DNA of 63,894 bases, the filler included, from Alloascoidea hylecoeti (taxonomy: Eukaryota), in assembly GCA_001600815.1 (NCBI GenBank). It is 8 parts of 5 records of this genome, joined end to end, with 100 filler letters (N's around TTAATTAATTAA, not from the genome) between each part and the next. Parts side by side here need not be neighbours in the genome. Positions count along the whole stretch, not along the records: positions 21,377 to 37,798 come from BCKZ01000002.1; 7 more parts are not named here. One strand, written 5' to 3'. Both the position numbers and the translations under genes were made by a program. Below, piece by piece: positions 26,311 through 37,562 of the stretch (positions are counted from its first letter, which is position 1; each line of letters opens with the position of its first letter). The notes beneath the pieces were generated by a model, which was not told the origin of the DNA, made no database searches, and saw only the letters and a program-made list of their open reading frames with translations.

Positions 26311-27750
26311 TCAGAGAGCGCTATCAGTAGTCCAGTCACCAACTTTAGGTTGTAGATATCTTACTCTTAATATTCTTCCGTTGAAATAATGATTATCCAT
26401 TCCTTTAATAGCTGCGGTAGCCTCGTCGATTGTTTCATATCGGAGAAAGCAGATATTTTTCCGTGAATCAAATCCTGAGCCACGAGGAAAGTAAACATCT
26501 TTAATTGTTCCATATTTTCTAAACAATTCACGAATTTTTTCATCAATCCCAGAAATGGTATGAGAAATATTTCCAATATATAATCCAGGAGTTTTAATAT
26601 ATTTGGTAGGGGTAAGTGATTTTATCGAAGCTTTACGTGATCTATCTAATGTCTTTTGATCACTGTCATATATTCTAGCTATTAACGATCGTCCTTGAAA
26701 TGGACAACCATTTAATTTAAGAACTGCCTCATTAGCTTCTGTTACTGATTCAAAAGTGACAAACCCATATCCTTTATTTTGGCCAGTAGTATGATTTGAA
26801 GGAATCTGAACAATTTTTGTCCTTCCAAATTGCTTAAAAAAACTTATTATTTCCCCACCAGGTATTTCATATGGAAGATTTCCAACCCATATGGATGGTG
26901 ACTTAGTATTGGGTTGCTGTATAGAATGAGAAGCGTCTGAACGATCCATTGGGAAGTTAGTTTTATATTGTACAACTAATACTTTTTTATCTAAAATATG
27001 ATAGTTTATTGCATTAAACGCATTACTTGCTTGTTCTTTGGTCTCGTATTGAACAAAACAAGCTTTTGGCCATGTTTTTTCATTGGTATTTCCAGAAGGA
27101 ATATCAGATATATAAGTTGATTTAACCTTACCGTATTTTTCAAGAAAGGCTTTTAACTCTTTTGACTGATTTAAAAATCTAGATTCAATTCCTTTTATGT
27201 AAATAATGTCTGTTCCCATTTCCTCTTTTTCTTTTTGAAATAATCTTATTTTGCAAGGTATTGGGCCCTTTAATTTAACACCATTTAAAGCATTGATGGC
27301 TCTTTGAGCACTTTCCGGATTTTTAAAATATATGAATCCAAATCCTCGAGATCTGGTATCCAAGTCAAAAGACACTATTTGGTCAATATTTTTAAAAGGG
27401 GATAAAAACTGTTCTTTCGTAATGCTTGGTGCTATATTCCTGACAACAATAGCGGATTCAGGAGCATCCTTTAATACAATGTCAAGTTGTGAAGAATTAT
27501 AATTGAAGTTTGATTCTGATTTAAGTTCCAAATCATTACGTATCGTTTGTGATGAGTGAAAAGCACATGAATCAATTAATGAAAAAGAAACACCGTAATT
27601 AGATATTTTGTGAGTTCTTTGAGATTTGGTGGTATGGAATACCGGCAGTGTTTTTAGGGAAATTATAGAATAAAACCTTGTAAACAATCCATACCGTGCA
27701 CAATTCTTCGCCAGACTCCTTTGATGTTTCAAAAGTGAAACTGCTGACAT
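26311..27750 (-). CDS. Four-RRM RNA-binding protein with mitochondrial-type presequence
   Basis: RNP1/RNP2 motifs in four repeats (RGFGFIYF, ACFVQY, KGYGFVTF, ICFLRY); N-terminus basic and almost acid-free with RFYS. Confidence 0.85.
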   Translation of the reverse strand: MSAVSLLKHQRSLAKNCARYGLFTRFYSIISLKTLPVFHTTKSQRTHKISNYGVSFSLIDSCAFHSSQTIRNDLELKSESNFNYNSSQLDIVLKDAPESAIVVRNIAPSITKEQFLSPFKNIDQIVSFDLDTRSRGFGFIYFKNPESAQRAINALNGVKLKGPIPCKIRLFQKEKEEMGTDIIYIKGIESRFLNQSKELKAFLEKYGKVKSTYISDIPSGNTNEKTWPKACFVQYETKEQASNAFNAINYHILDKKVLVVQYKTNFPMDRSDASHSIQQPNTKSPSIWVGNLPYEIPGGEIISFFKQFGRTKIVQIPSNHTTGQNKGYGFVTFESVTEANEAVLKLNGCPFQGRSLIARIYDSDQKTLDRSRKASIKSLTPTKYIKTPGLYIGNISHTISGIDEKIRELFRKYGTIKDVYFPRGSGFDSRKNICFLRYETIDEATAAIKGMDNHYFNGRILRVRYLQPKVGDWTTDSAL

Positions 27751-27833
27751 TTATATAAAGTATGAATAATAAATTATGAATATATTTAAAAGTTTGAAAA
27801 TTTATAAATATGTGATTACATAATCATACACCA

Positions 27834-27844
27834 CACGTGACTCA
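27834..27844. promoter_or_regulatory. Cbf1-type CACGTGAC overlapping Gcn4/AP-1-type TGACTCA
   Basis: CACGTGACTCA 84 nt upstream of the RRM gene start. Confidence 0.45.
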
Positions 27845-27867
27845 CTATATAATAAATACTATTATTA

Positions 27868-28560
27868 TCAAATGTTAGCCTTACTTCTCCACTGCTTTAA
27901 TCCTTGTTCAAATAGTTTTCTTGTAATACCGATGTCTTCATCATAAACATATACAAAGTGGACTCCCAATTCTTTTTCAACATCTCTATTTCTTGATTCA
28001 TCGTCAAAGAAAACCATATCATCATATGGTATATCTGTGATGCTGTGGATGTTTCTAAAATGTCTTATCTTCGAATGGGTCCCAAACTCAAGATGATCAA
28101 ACAGGTTTATAGATGATTGATTATTAATTCTTAATAGTTGAAGCATTTTTCTAGCGACAGCTGGAGTACATGTTCTACTTGCTGCAATGATTTTAACACC
28201 ATTATCTTTCAACTCTGTAATAATATCAGGGACGTCTGTATAAAATGATATTTGATATCCATGCTTATCTTTCAATGTGGTACCATCTTTTGAGGCCAGT
28301 TTAAGTGGGGGGTAAATATGTGTATCACACCAGCACTGACAACAGATTTATATCAATGTTAGCTATAAGTTTATAATTTCTTTACTTGGATCTTATTTCA
28401 GATTAGATCTAGCACATACCGCTATATTTCTAAGAGTTAGTTTTTGTGGATCACTGTTGACTTTTAAGAACAAAAACTTACGCCATAAAGTATAGTCAAG
28501 ATCGAAGACTACTGCCTTTGGATAAACTGCTTCTTCTGATGTTATATTCTTTTTCGTCAT
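27868..28560 (-). CDS. MDP1: Magnesium-dependent phosphatase 1 (HAD family, YER134C-like); exons 28560-28482, 28421-28420, 28335-27868
   Basis: Spliced [37 protein letters not shown] motifs. Confidence 0.88.
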
Positions 28561-28678
28561 GTTAATACGTCATTGTAGATGGTGAAATAATTGTTTTTTA
28601 TAGCTGTGGGTGAATGGATGTTGTATCCATTCTTCATTATGTCAGCACTACTACGTACTTTAATTTAAATTTTTATTT

Positions 28679-28684
28679 ACGCGT
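28679..28684. promoter_or_regulatory. MCB element upstream of RTT109
   Basis: ACGCGT ~50 nt before the ATG of an S-phase chromatin gene. Confidence 0.45.
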
Positions 28685-28735
28685 TTTCAGTGTCATTTTT
28701 TTTCGTGTCTTTCTCAAATTTCAATACCACCGAAA

Positions 28736-30106
28736 ATGAAAAGTTTGAAAGTTTTTTTATCTCAAAAATTACCACAACTTGACGGAAAATATAAAATAAT
28801 CAGTTTTACAACAAAACCAAAGAAAACACATTCGTTGACTGTTTGTAAATCTGGTACTAATATTGTGCATGACGATGATAATAAATCTGGTGAATTAACA
28901 AGTAGAACAAAACATTTCATTACAATATTATACGATGATATTATTTTTTTTGCTATAGAAATCTATGTTTATTATAGTAAAGATTTAAGAACAATCTATG
29001 TTTCTAAAGCTGATACAAATGGTTGTGAACCATCTTTTAGTAATAAGAATAATAAAATATCTATTAAAAGTATAACAATTGCAATATTAGAATGGTTGAA
29101 TAGTATTCCCATTGAATTTTATTCTAGGATTATAAAACAGGTTGGTAATGATAACAAAAAAGATCAATTAATTGAATCAACTACTAAGGATAAATTAGTA
29201 AAATTAGCAGCACAGTTAAAATTGAAAAAGGATGGGTATGACATTAAGAACGAAAAGATTATAAACATTGATATTGGGAATAACGTAAAAACAAGAATTT
29301 GTCTTTATGCTAGACCCGAACCACAATACTTATTCCCATTTTCCGAAGAAAATAAAAAGAAACATATACTGCCAGGTGATGAATTAATAAAATGGTGGTT
29401 AGATGTACTTGATAAAACTACAAATTCTTCATTTGTGAAAGATAATAATGATAAAACTAAATGTCTTCTAGAAATACCTGGAGGTAATGACTCAGATTTA
29501 AAAAGATATATTAAAAGATCCAATTTATTAAATGAATGGAAGCATGGTAGTTTATTTTTAAATGACAGTACAAAAGATAAAAATGCAATTTATTATATAC
29601 CGAATTTCCCAGATGATCCGAAGGGAAGATTTGTTGAACATCTTGTTATTGAAGATAGAGCTAAAAAGACAACAACTTCAAGATTTTGGATTGAATTACA
29701 AGTACGTCAAGAATTCAGATTAAGTAATAGTGTTGGAATATTTGGTGTTGAAGGAAAATCATTATCTTCTGAAAAAATTTCTGAAGATGACATTAAGATA
29801 TATGATGATAAACTACTTATTTCTGTGAGAAACGAAAAGATCCTATTGGATACATTATTGGGAGGTGATTATTCGACTGCAAATCATGCAAGAAGATATT
29901 CACTTGAATTTCTGAAGAAAATCCGTAAACTTAAACTTGATAAATTTATCACCGAAATCAAAGGTGATCTTAAAAATGTTGAAAATCCTACAACACTAAA
30001 ACGAGTAGCTGAAATTCAAGTTATGGATTTAAGTAATTTAGTTCGCAAGAAGAAAAAAGTTAAGAAACAACCGGTGAATCCAGTTTCAAATTTAAATTCA
30101 AAATAA
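28736..30106 (+). CDS. RTT109: Histone H3K56 acetyltransferase
   Basis: IYVSKADTNG, ARPEPQYLFP.S, LIKWW, IPNFPDDPKGRF, FWIELQVRQEFR. Confidence 0.93.
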   Translation: MKSLKVFLSQKLPQLDGKYKIISFTTKPKKTHSLTVCKSGTNIVHDDDNKSGELTSRTKHFITILYDDIIFFAIEIYVYYSKDLRTIYVSKADTNGCEPSFSNKNNKISIKSITIAILEWLNSIPIEFYSRIIKQVGNDNKKDQLIESTTKDKLVKLAAQLKLKKDGYDIKNEKIINIDIGNNVKTRICLYARPEPQYLFPFSEENKKKHILPGDELIKWWLDVLDKTTNSSFVKDNNDKTKCLLEIPGGNDSDLKRYIKRSNLLNEWKHGSLFLNDSTKDKNAIYYIPNFPDDPKGRFVEHLVIEDRAKKTTTSRFWIELQVRQEFRLSNSVGIFGVEGKSLSSEKISEDDIKIYDDKLLISVRNEKILLDTLLGGDYSTANHARRYSLEFLKKIRKLKLDKFITEIKGDLKNVENPTTLKRVAEIQVMDLSNLVRKKKKVKKQPVNPVSNLNSK

Positions 30107-30228
30107 AATGCAAATGTATATCGTTACTACTAATACTCATCGTCTATATAGGTATGTAATCTGAGTTAGAGAGTAATACAGTCATTAATTATGAATATCA
30201 ACACATTAAATTACTCGAGTGTTAATTT

Positions 30229-32136
30229 TTAGTTGATTTTAGATAATTCTTCAAATATTTTCTTTTTTGAAGAGATGGAATTATCTTTAATTAAATTCTT
30301 AAATTTATAATCTTGGTTGAGAAACAACTTTGAATTTTCATGTTCATTTTCATCTTCCAGTATTTTATCTCTTAGTAAATTATTACGTTTAATTGAATTT
30401 TTCCCAATATAAATTAGATTATTTATCGAATTAACGTATTTCCAGTATTTTTGCCATATTTTTGCAAAAGTTTCAATACTATCACTATCATTATTCTTTG
30501 ATAAAGCATGAGAAATGATGTTAAAGTCAGATGATGGTATTTTTTTGACTCCTAGATCATCAATACAGTTGATATAATTTTCCCATTCGCTTAATATTAA
30601 TTCGGATGATGATTCATTAACATTACCATTATAATTGTTTTTGTTTATCATAAAGTATAATAATAACGACTTATGAAAATTTGAATTATTTAATAGATTA
30701 TATTTCTTTAAAATTTGAATGTTACAAAAATCATTAACTAATTTCTTAGTTAAATTTAAATTTAATTTATTATCATCATCGTTTCCTAGATTGTTTTCAA
30801 ATTCTTCAATTATAATATTATCATTATTATTTTTAAACTGTTGTTGTTCATTTAATTGATGTATTAATAATTGAATTAATTTTGAATTCAATTTTGCAAT
30901 TTCTATTAATGATAATTCTGTTGATTTTTCATTTTCTAAGAATAGGCTCCAAAATTTAAATAATAGATTTAAATTGATATCGCTGAAATCATTATCTTTA
31001 TTCAATTTTGAATCTAAATTTGAAATTAATGATTCTAAAGACTTATACTTGATACTAATATCATCATTATATGATAACTTTTTCTTTAAAAAGTTTTCAT
31101 ACATTAATAATGATATTTTGAAATTCTTACCATCCGATATAAATAAATTATAAGGTGTATTCAGTAGTCTTGTAATGCCTTTATTAATACACCAAGTTTC
31201 ATAAGATTTAAATAATTTAAATGCCTTAATAGATTCATTTGATTTTAAATATGCAATTATCATAGATTCAGTGATCTTAAAAGATTTATCATTATTATAT
31301 TGATGCTTTTCATATAATGATTCAATAATTTTAGGTGAATAATTATTTTGTGTCATTAATATAATTATTTGTTCAATTATTATACCATCATTAAAACTTG
31401 ATTTATTTTTATTTGTTTTTGTTGACAATTCTTCAAATAGTTTAATTGATTTGATTGCATTATCATATTTTGATATAATATTTAAAAGATAATAAATTCC
31501 TCGACTACTTATAGTTAATTCATCATTTTTCAAACCTTTAACAATTTTATTATTAATAAAAGTAATAATATCTTTTATACATTTTTCAATCTCTTTATTG
31601 ATTTGTTCGGTTTGTGTATTAAATGATAATAAAAATGATGATTTTGGTTTTATAATTTTTAAAAAATTATATAAATTCATTAGAACAAGATTAAAATCTC
31701 TTCTATTCCATTTAAGTGACTGATTGTTACTGTTGTTTTTATAATCAATGCTACTATTATAAATTGATATAATTTGTTTAACATTCTTAATTTGCTTTTT
31801 TATTGAAATTGATTTCGGAGTATTATTTGATTTGTGTTGTTGTTGTATAAGATGTTCGTTATTAAAAGATTGTAAATCATTTAAAATTTTATGTAAATTT
31901 CCTAAATTTGTAGTGTTTTCTAGTTCATAATTCTTTTTGAGAATATCATCTAGTATATTTTGTAAATGGGTTTTGTTGAGTGGTGTCAAAATGTGGATCT
32001 TACGGAAGCCATTCACATTTGATTTTGTTAAACTCCGGACACAAAATTGTGTTTGTGTTATCGCACTCCGAGCATATGCTTCCGATATACATAGACGAGA
32101 AATAAGGAAGACAGACCTTTGAGTTCCTTTATTCAT
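30229..32136 (-). CDS. Mitochondrial helical-repeat (PPR-like) protein; likely ATG at 32136
   Basis: Presequence-like N-terminus; PPR-like segment ITESMIIAYLKSNESIKAFKLFKSY; in-frame stop upstream at 32212-32214. Confidence 0.55.
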   Translation of the reverse strand: MNKGTQRSVFLISRLCISEAYARSAITQTQFCVRSLTKSNVNGFRKIHILTPLNKTHLQNILDDILKKNYELENTTNLGNLHKILNDLQSFNNEHLIQQQHKSNNTPKSISIKKQIKNVKQIISIYNSSIDYKNNSNNQSLKWNRRDFNLVLMNLYNFLKIIKPKSSFLLSFNTQTEQINKEIEKCIKDIITFINNKIVKGLKNDELTISSRGIYYLLNIISKYDNAIKSIKLFEELSTKTNKNKSSFNDGIIIEQIIILMTQNNYSPKIIESLYEKHQYNNDKSFKITESMIIAYLKSNESIKAFKLFKSYETWCINKGITRLLNTPYNLFISDGKNFKISLLMYENFLKKKLSYNDDISIKYKSLESLISNLDSKLNKDNDFSDINLNLLFKFWSLFLENEKSTELSLIEIAKLNSKLIQLLIHQLNEQQQFKNNNDNIIIEEFENNLGNDDDNKLNLNLTKKLVNDFCNIQILKKYNLLNNSNFHKSLLLYFMINKNNYNGNVNESSSELILSEWENYINCIDDLGVKKIPSSDFNIISHALSKNNDSDSIETFAKIWQKYWKYVNSINNLIYIGKNSIKRNNLLRDKILEDENEHENSKLFLNQDYKFKNLIKDNSISSKKKIFEELSKIN

Positions 32137-32353
32137 TATGCCCGCCCCTTTAGACACATCAAAAGACTTGTGAAGACTGAAGATTGAAGGTGAAAAACTT
32201 AGCTTCTTAAACTAAACACGTGCCGACAGCGATAAATTCTTATATTAATACAAGATCATGAGTAAAAATCATAAAAATCATTTCCGAAACTTATTACAGA
32301 GGGCAACTAAGAACACTATTTATATAACATTAAAATAAAAAGTTTCTCTAACC

Positions 32354-33309
32354 TTACAATTTAGCCATAGCAGCAACATCTGTGGATTGAACATGGTCTT
32401 CATCAGACTCGATTTCCTGTTGGAGATCATCAACAGATACTTTATCATCCTCAACAACACAGTTGATTTGTAGTTTCTTGATACCAAATCCAACTGGAAT
32501 CCATTGGTGAGCACCCCAGACAAGACCATCTTTCTCGATTTTCTTGACATTTGCTAATAATTCTTCTAAATCTGTTTCATCATCCCATGGCTTAACATCA
32601 ATTGTAACCATTGTTTTAGCAGCAGTCTTTGGTTTGGCAGCTTTTTTAGCAGCGTATTCAGCTAATCTCTTTCGCTTTAATTCTTCAGCTGCTTCATCGA
32701 CTTCATCGTCATCAGATCCGAAAAGATCGACATCATCATCATCGTCTTCCTCTTCAGCGGCAGCTGGAGCTTTAGCTGATTGGGGACCGTAAGATTCAGC
32801 AGAGGCTGAAGCATCACCTGGAAGAGAACCAAATTCTTCAGTGAATGAAGCAATGTGGTTGAACCAACGAGCAAATTGTGGGTATTGCTTTTGGAAAGCT
32901 TTGTAAACGGCAACATCAGCTTGAGAAGCTTCAGTACTAAAAACAATCGTTAGTGACATTTCTAATAAATTGAAAGAAAAAAATAACACGTATGTTATTT
33001 AGCATGACTCCATGATAAATTTGAAAGATCAGGAAAAGTGAACAAATGGGTTTGTATTCATTAGATGGGGTCTAATCCACTTCATCAACACGGACCAAAG
33101 TTTTTCATCATAAAAACAAAATATTATGAAGAGTTATGCTAACTGAAAAAAAATAAACATACCCATTAATGTAGCTCTTTTCGGTCAAGAAAGTGTTTAA
33201 AGCAGTAATTGCTATAAAACAAAAAACATTAGTTTCCAGTCAACTCGATTGAGTATAATTCAATTGACAAAAACACACCTTCAGCAGTAGAAAAGTCTCC
33301 GAAACCCAT
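32354..33309 (-). CDS. EFB1: Translation elongation factor 1 beta; exons 33309-33279, 33211-33163, 32936-32354
   Basis: MGFGDFSTAEAITALNTFLTEKSYINGTEASQADVAVYKAF...DLFGSD...KPWDDETD...DVAAMAKL. Confidence 0.96.
33025..33115 (-). ncRNA. SNR18: Intronic box C/D snoRNA snR18/U18
   Basis: C box ATGATGA (33111-33105), guide TTTGGTCCGTGTT, D box CTGA (33032-33029), inside EFB1 intron 2, the known yeast host of snR18. Confidence 0.85.
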
Positions 33310-33727
33310 TGTGTATAAAAGTCTATATATGTGTTAGAAGAAGAAAGAAGAAGAAGAATTTGACCGCTAAAAAGTTTTTTTGATCTTCCAGGACATTCCA
33401 CAGACCGGCAGCGTAATTATGGTACCGCGGTTGCCCGTTCTAACATTCGAAAATAATAATTAATAATTAATAATTGTTTTATTATGACAATCTGTTTAAC
33501 AGCACTTTAATGGTTATGAGCTAAAATAAACTAAATTAAATTAAATCAAATGAAATCAAAGAAGAAAAACAATTCTCAAACTAGGAAACAAAAGTAATGA
33601 TAATAAATAAGCCAGAGAAAAAATGGCATGTATTTACCATGCTACATTCGATATTAGGGCTACCATCAATTATAACACTTAAATATATATGGTATTTTTT
33701 AATAAAAAGCGATTAACTAAAAGTCAG

Positions 33728-35356
33728 CTAAAAGTTGTCAATTAACCTTCTCCAAACCGTTTTAGTACCATCGTCTTCAATGTCATTTCCAAATTCCCTT
33801 CTATCAGATTCTAAATCAATATCCATTATATTGTGCCATTTAGTTTTAAAGCACCATTTATAACCAAAAAATAGTATGAAAAAGAATGGTAAAAGAATGT
33901 AAGCATCAACAAAGTCTTTAGCCACAAATGGTTTAAAAACTGCCCAGCCTTGAACAAGTGCTAAGAAAATATTAAACAGTAGTCCAAACCAAGCTGTATA
34001 TGGATAAAGAACAGCCTTATATGGCAACTCTTCTACCGTATGACCCTGTGCTAACCAAGCTTTTCTAAACCTTATATGAATAAATGAAATACAACCCCAA
34101 ACAATAAAAGTAGAAACACCACTTAAATTAACAATATAGTTAAAAGCACTAGAAGCACCAGTTCCAAGATTCATTAAACTTAGAGCGCCCCAGGCATTAA
34201 AGAAAATAATTGCTGGAATTGGGACACCTCTTTTATCGGTCCAACCTAAGAACTTGGGAGCTTTCTTTTCCCTTGCCATAAATAAAATTGTTCGAGATCC
34301 AATATAAATACTACTGTTTAAAGCAGATATACAAGTGACGAGAATAAAGGCATTTACTAAATGCTTTCCACCTTCCCAACCAGCATTAACAATTGCAATT
34401 GTCATTGGACTCTTAAGAGCTCTTGTTGATCCACCAACAAGACCTGGATCATTATAAGGACATGTTGCACCATAAAAAATAGCGGAACCCATATAAATAA
34501 ATATGATACGCCAGAATACTTGCCTAACAGCGTGTGGAACGGCTTTTCGTGGATTTGCTGTTTCTGTGGCTGCAACGGCGATCGATTCACTACCAGCATA
34601 GAATGTGGAACAGAATACAAATACCTTGGCGACACCTTTGAATCCATCAGCAAATGCTCCTGGATCATTCCAATATCTAAACCCTATAGCATCTTGGCCT
34701 TTTATACCACCAGCCATATAAACGATTGAAAACAAGAAAAAAGCAGTAAGACCGATTAATTTAAATAATGCTAACCAAAATTCAGCTTCACCAAATGCTC
34801 TTACACCTAGAAATTGATAACCAAGGAACAAAAACCACATAATTAAAAACCAACCCCAACTCGGAATCGCATCTGTCCAGAAAGTCAGAAGTCCAGGCAT
34901 AACATTATACTCGTTGGCCTGAACACACATCCATATGATAGCGTAGTTCCAACCAATAGCAAACCCTAATGATCTATCAACAAACCGATCGGCCAATGAA
35001 GTGAAAGCTCCCTTAGTTGGGTATAAGGTAGTTAACTCACCAAGAGATTGCATTACACAAAAAGCAAGTATACCTATAACACCAAAACCTATGATTAATG
35101 GAGCCGGACCCCCAATAGCAAGCGCATTACCCGCACCAACGAGAAGACCTGGGCCAATGATACCAGCCAAGGCCATCATCGACAAATGTCTGGTTTGTAA
35201 ACCTCTTTTTACTCCATCATCTAGACTTGTTGCACCCTCTTCGCGATCTTCGATGACATCATCTGCTTGTTTTGAAGAACTACTTGCAAACTTATTGTAA
35301 TCGATCTGATCATTATAATCACCATCAGATGTATTTGAATCCATATGGTCAACCAT
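33728..35356 (-). CDS. AGP3: Amino acid permease, Agp3-like
   Basis: IGPGLLVGAGNAL, VFVFCSTFYAG, AGWEGGKHLVNAFILVTCISA, DFVDAYILLP closely follow Agp3. Confidence 0.85.
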   Translation of the reverse strand: MVDHMDSNTSDGDYNDQIDYNKFASSSSKQADDVIEDREEGATSLDDGVKRGLQTRHLSMMALAGIIGPGLLVGAGNALAIGGPAPLIIGFGVIGILAFCVMQSLGELTTLYPTKGAFTSLADRFVDRSLGFAIGWNYAIIWMCVQANEYNVMPGLLTFWTDAIPSWGWFLIMWFLFLGYQFLGVRAFGEAEFWLALFKLIGLTAFFLFSIVYMAGGIKGQDAIGFRYWNDPGAFADGFKGVAKVFVFCSTFYAGSESIAVAATETANPRKAVPHAVRQVFWRIIFIYMGSAIFYGATCPYNDPGLVGGSTRALKSPMTIAIVNAGWEGGKHLVNAFILVTCISALNSSIYIGSRTILFMAREKKAPKFLGWTDKRGVPIPAIIFFNAWGALSLMNLGTGASSAFNYIVNLSGVSTFIVWGCISFIHIRFRKAWLAQGHTVEELPYKAVLYPYTAWFGLLFNIFLALVQGWAVFKPFVAKDFVDAYILLPFFFILFFGYKWCFKTKWHNIMDIDLESDRREFGNDIEDDGTKTVWRRLIDNF

Positions 35357-35778
35357 TGAAAATTCTAAACTGAAATATAATAGAAAATTTAACAGATTGA
35401 CTGAGGAATACGGTTTTCTTTCATTTATAGTTTGCTCACAAAGTGTATGTCACCCGTTATTGCTTCATATTTCTAAGGGACCTTCAAACCTTATGCATTA
35501 TGCGTCTTTCTGTTATTATGCATGTTGTGCATACTATTTATGTATTAGAAATCTTTTTAGAGTGTCTGGGTGTTTATTCCTGCTTTTTGCAATTTGTTGG
35601 TAACTACTGGGTTGTTAACCTTACTGCTGAATCATTTCGATTATCGTCCTCATGTCTAGTTGATTCCCTTTGATCGTTGACCTCATGAATCATGATGGTT
35701 CTAAACCCAGTTACAATTTTATTAACCCTGGTTGCATTAATTACAAACAAAAATCAGAAAGAATGCTTGCTTGCGTCA

Positions 35779-35812
35779 CACGTGAACATCACATGCAATC
35801 TCATGCACGTGA
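35779..35812. promoter_or_regulatory. Paired CACGTGA (Cbf1-type) sites upstream of AGP3
   Basis: CACGTGA at 35779 and 35806, TCACATG between them. Confidence 0.5.
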
Positions 35813-37562
35813 TATAAAGAAGGGCTTTAATCGTGCTCGTACTACCGGTATAGCACGCGCAATGCGCATGTCAACGAGAGCGAGAACCTATGAATATATT
35901 ACCATAAGTTTAATTAATCTGTATAGACATCTCTGAATAATATTATGGTCTTAATTGCAATTGGTTTCAAAAGAATTCTAGTTAATATCGAAACTTTTCG
36001 CTATTATTTAAAAGTAACTCCATCAATAGATGAAAAAACTGTAGCGCTATTGCGTTATAGCTATTGCATATGCAATTATTATTTTGGATATGTCTACTAC
36101 AACCAGTATTGATGTAACTTGCGGTCCACTAGTCCTGGCTCCATACTTGTAATATATTTTATCTCCTCTTGTAATAACAGTAATATATTAAATATTGCGA
36201 TTAAAATTTGTTGTTCGTCAAGTTTACTAAAATTCACTGGTCAAGATATTACTTGTACATGCTTTATGGTATGAACATGTGTTGATGTACTGAGATGAGT
36301 CTCATATAAACGATCAGACAGAAGGACTGGTACCTATCCCTAGGAATGATATCAATATTATATGGGAATAAATGGTTGACAGAACCTAATTTTGTGTATA
36401 AGGACCATAATTATAATATGTCTCAAGAATATTACACTAGATGGGTGTTGTGCAGGCTACAACTTTTTTCTATTTAGAACTCACAAACTTCTTGATAATC
36501 TAGAGATTTTATAGATTGTATTTGAGAGAATATCTCTTCAAAACCTTAATCAGTTTACACCATTAGGAATATTAATAGCTCGAATACTACAAAGCAAAAA
36601 AATTATATAATCTATTTGATCAATTAAATCCTATCCATAAAGTACCATGTTTTCATTACAAGACATCTGCTACCAGATTTCGAGAGATAGTGGGAGTCTA
36701 ATAAGAAAACTTCAAAATAGTTCATTGAAAAACTCCAAAGAATTAGCTTCTATGGAGAGATTTCAGGTGTCTCACAGTGCGCTATACAGAGAATTAATGA
36801 AATAAACTTTACTTGGATTAATAAAAGGGTCAGGAAACCAAATATGATTGTTCAGTACTAAAAGGACGGCTTAGATGTTGCTAATAAAACTTGCTATGCA
36901 TAATATTTACATTTTAGTACGAAACTGGAAATGTATCTTTGATGGACTCGGGGAAAAAAGTACCCAGTATTAGCCATAAAGAAAGGTGATGTCAAGAAGA
37001 TCAAGGATCGGCTTTCGGTAAAAAAAAAAAAAAAACAGAGTTATGGGAACAGCTAGATCAATCGTATTTTAACTCATCCACTCCATTTCAAAGCAACTAA
37101 ATTAGTTTTTCCAGCAAAATTAGGGATCATTGACTACTGAAATTATCTCCAGTGAAATTTAAACAAGCTAAAGAACATGATTTATATTTTATTTAGTAAT
37201 ATTTCCTCACTTTAATCAAGATTTTATCTTTAAATTGTATGTTCAGAGGGGAACAAAGTTATAACGCGACATCCGGCTGCCTTACACATGTATAGATACC
37301 AACAATCACAGTTTGGTTCGATAAGTTTTCAAAATTTCATATCTAATTATATTTCTGTATATTTATATATTTATATATTTATACACTTATACAACTAATA
37401 AATTAGACTCCAGTATCTAGAATTAATATTGACTGGTCCCGTTGCGTTTTAAAAAAGCAAGTGCACGTGTAAGTTATAATATGCATAAGGTCGACAATAA
37501 CTTTTATATAAATTGTGCATATCCATAATGATAACTATTATCAACTGTAGAATAACTCAGAA

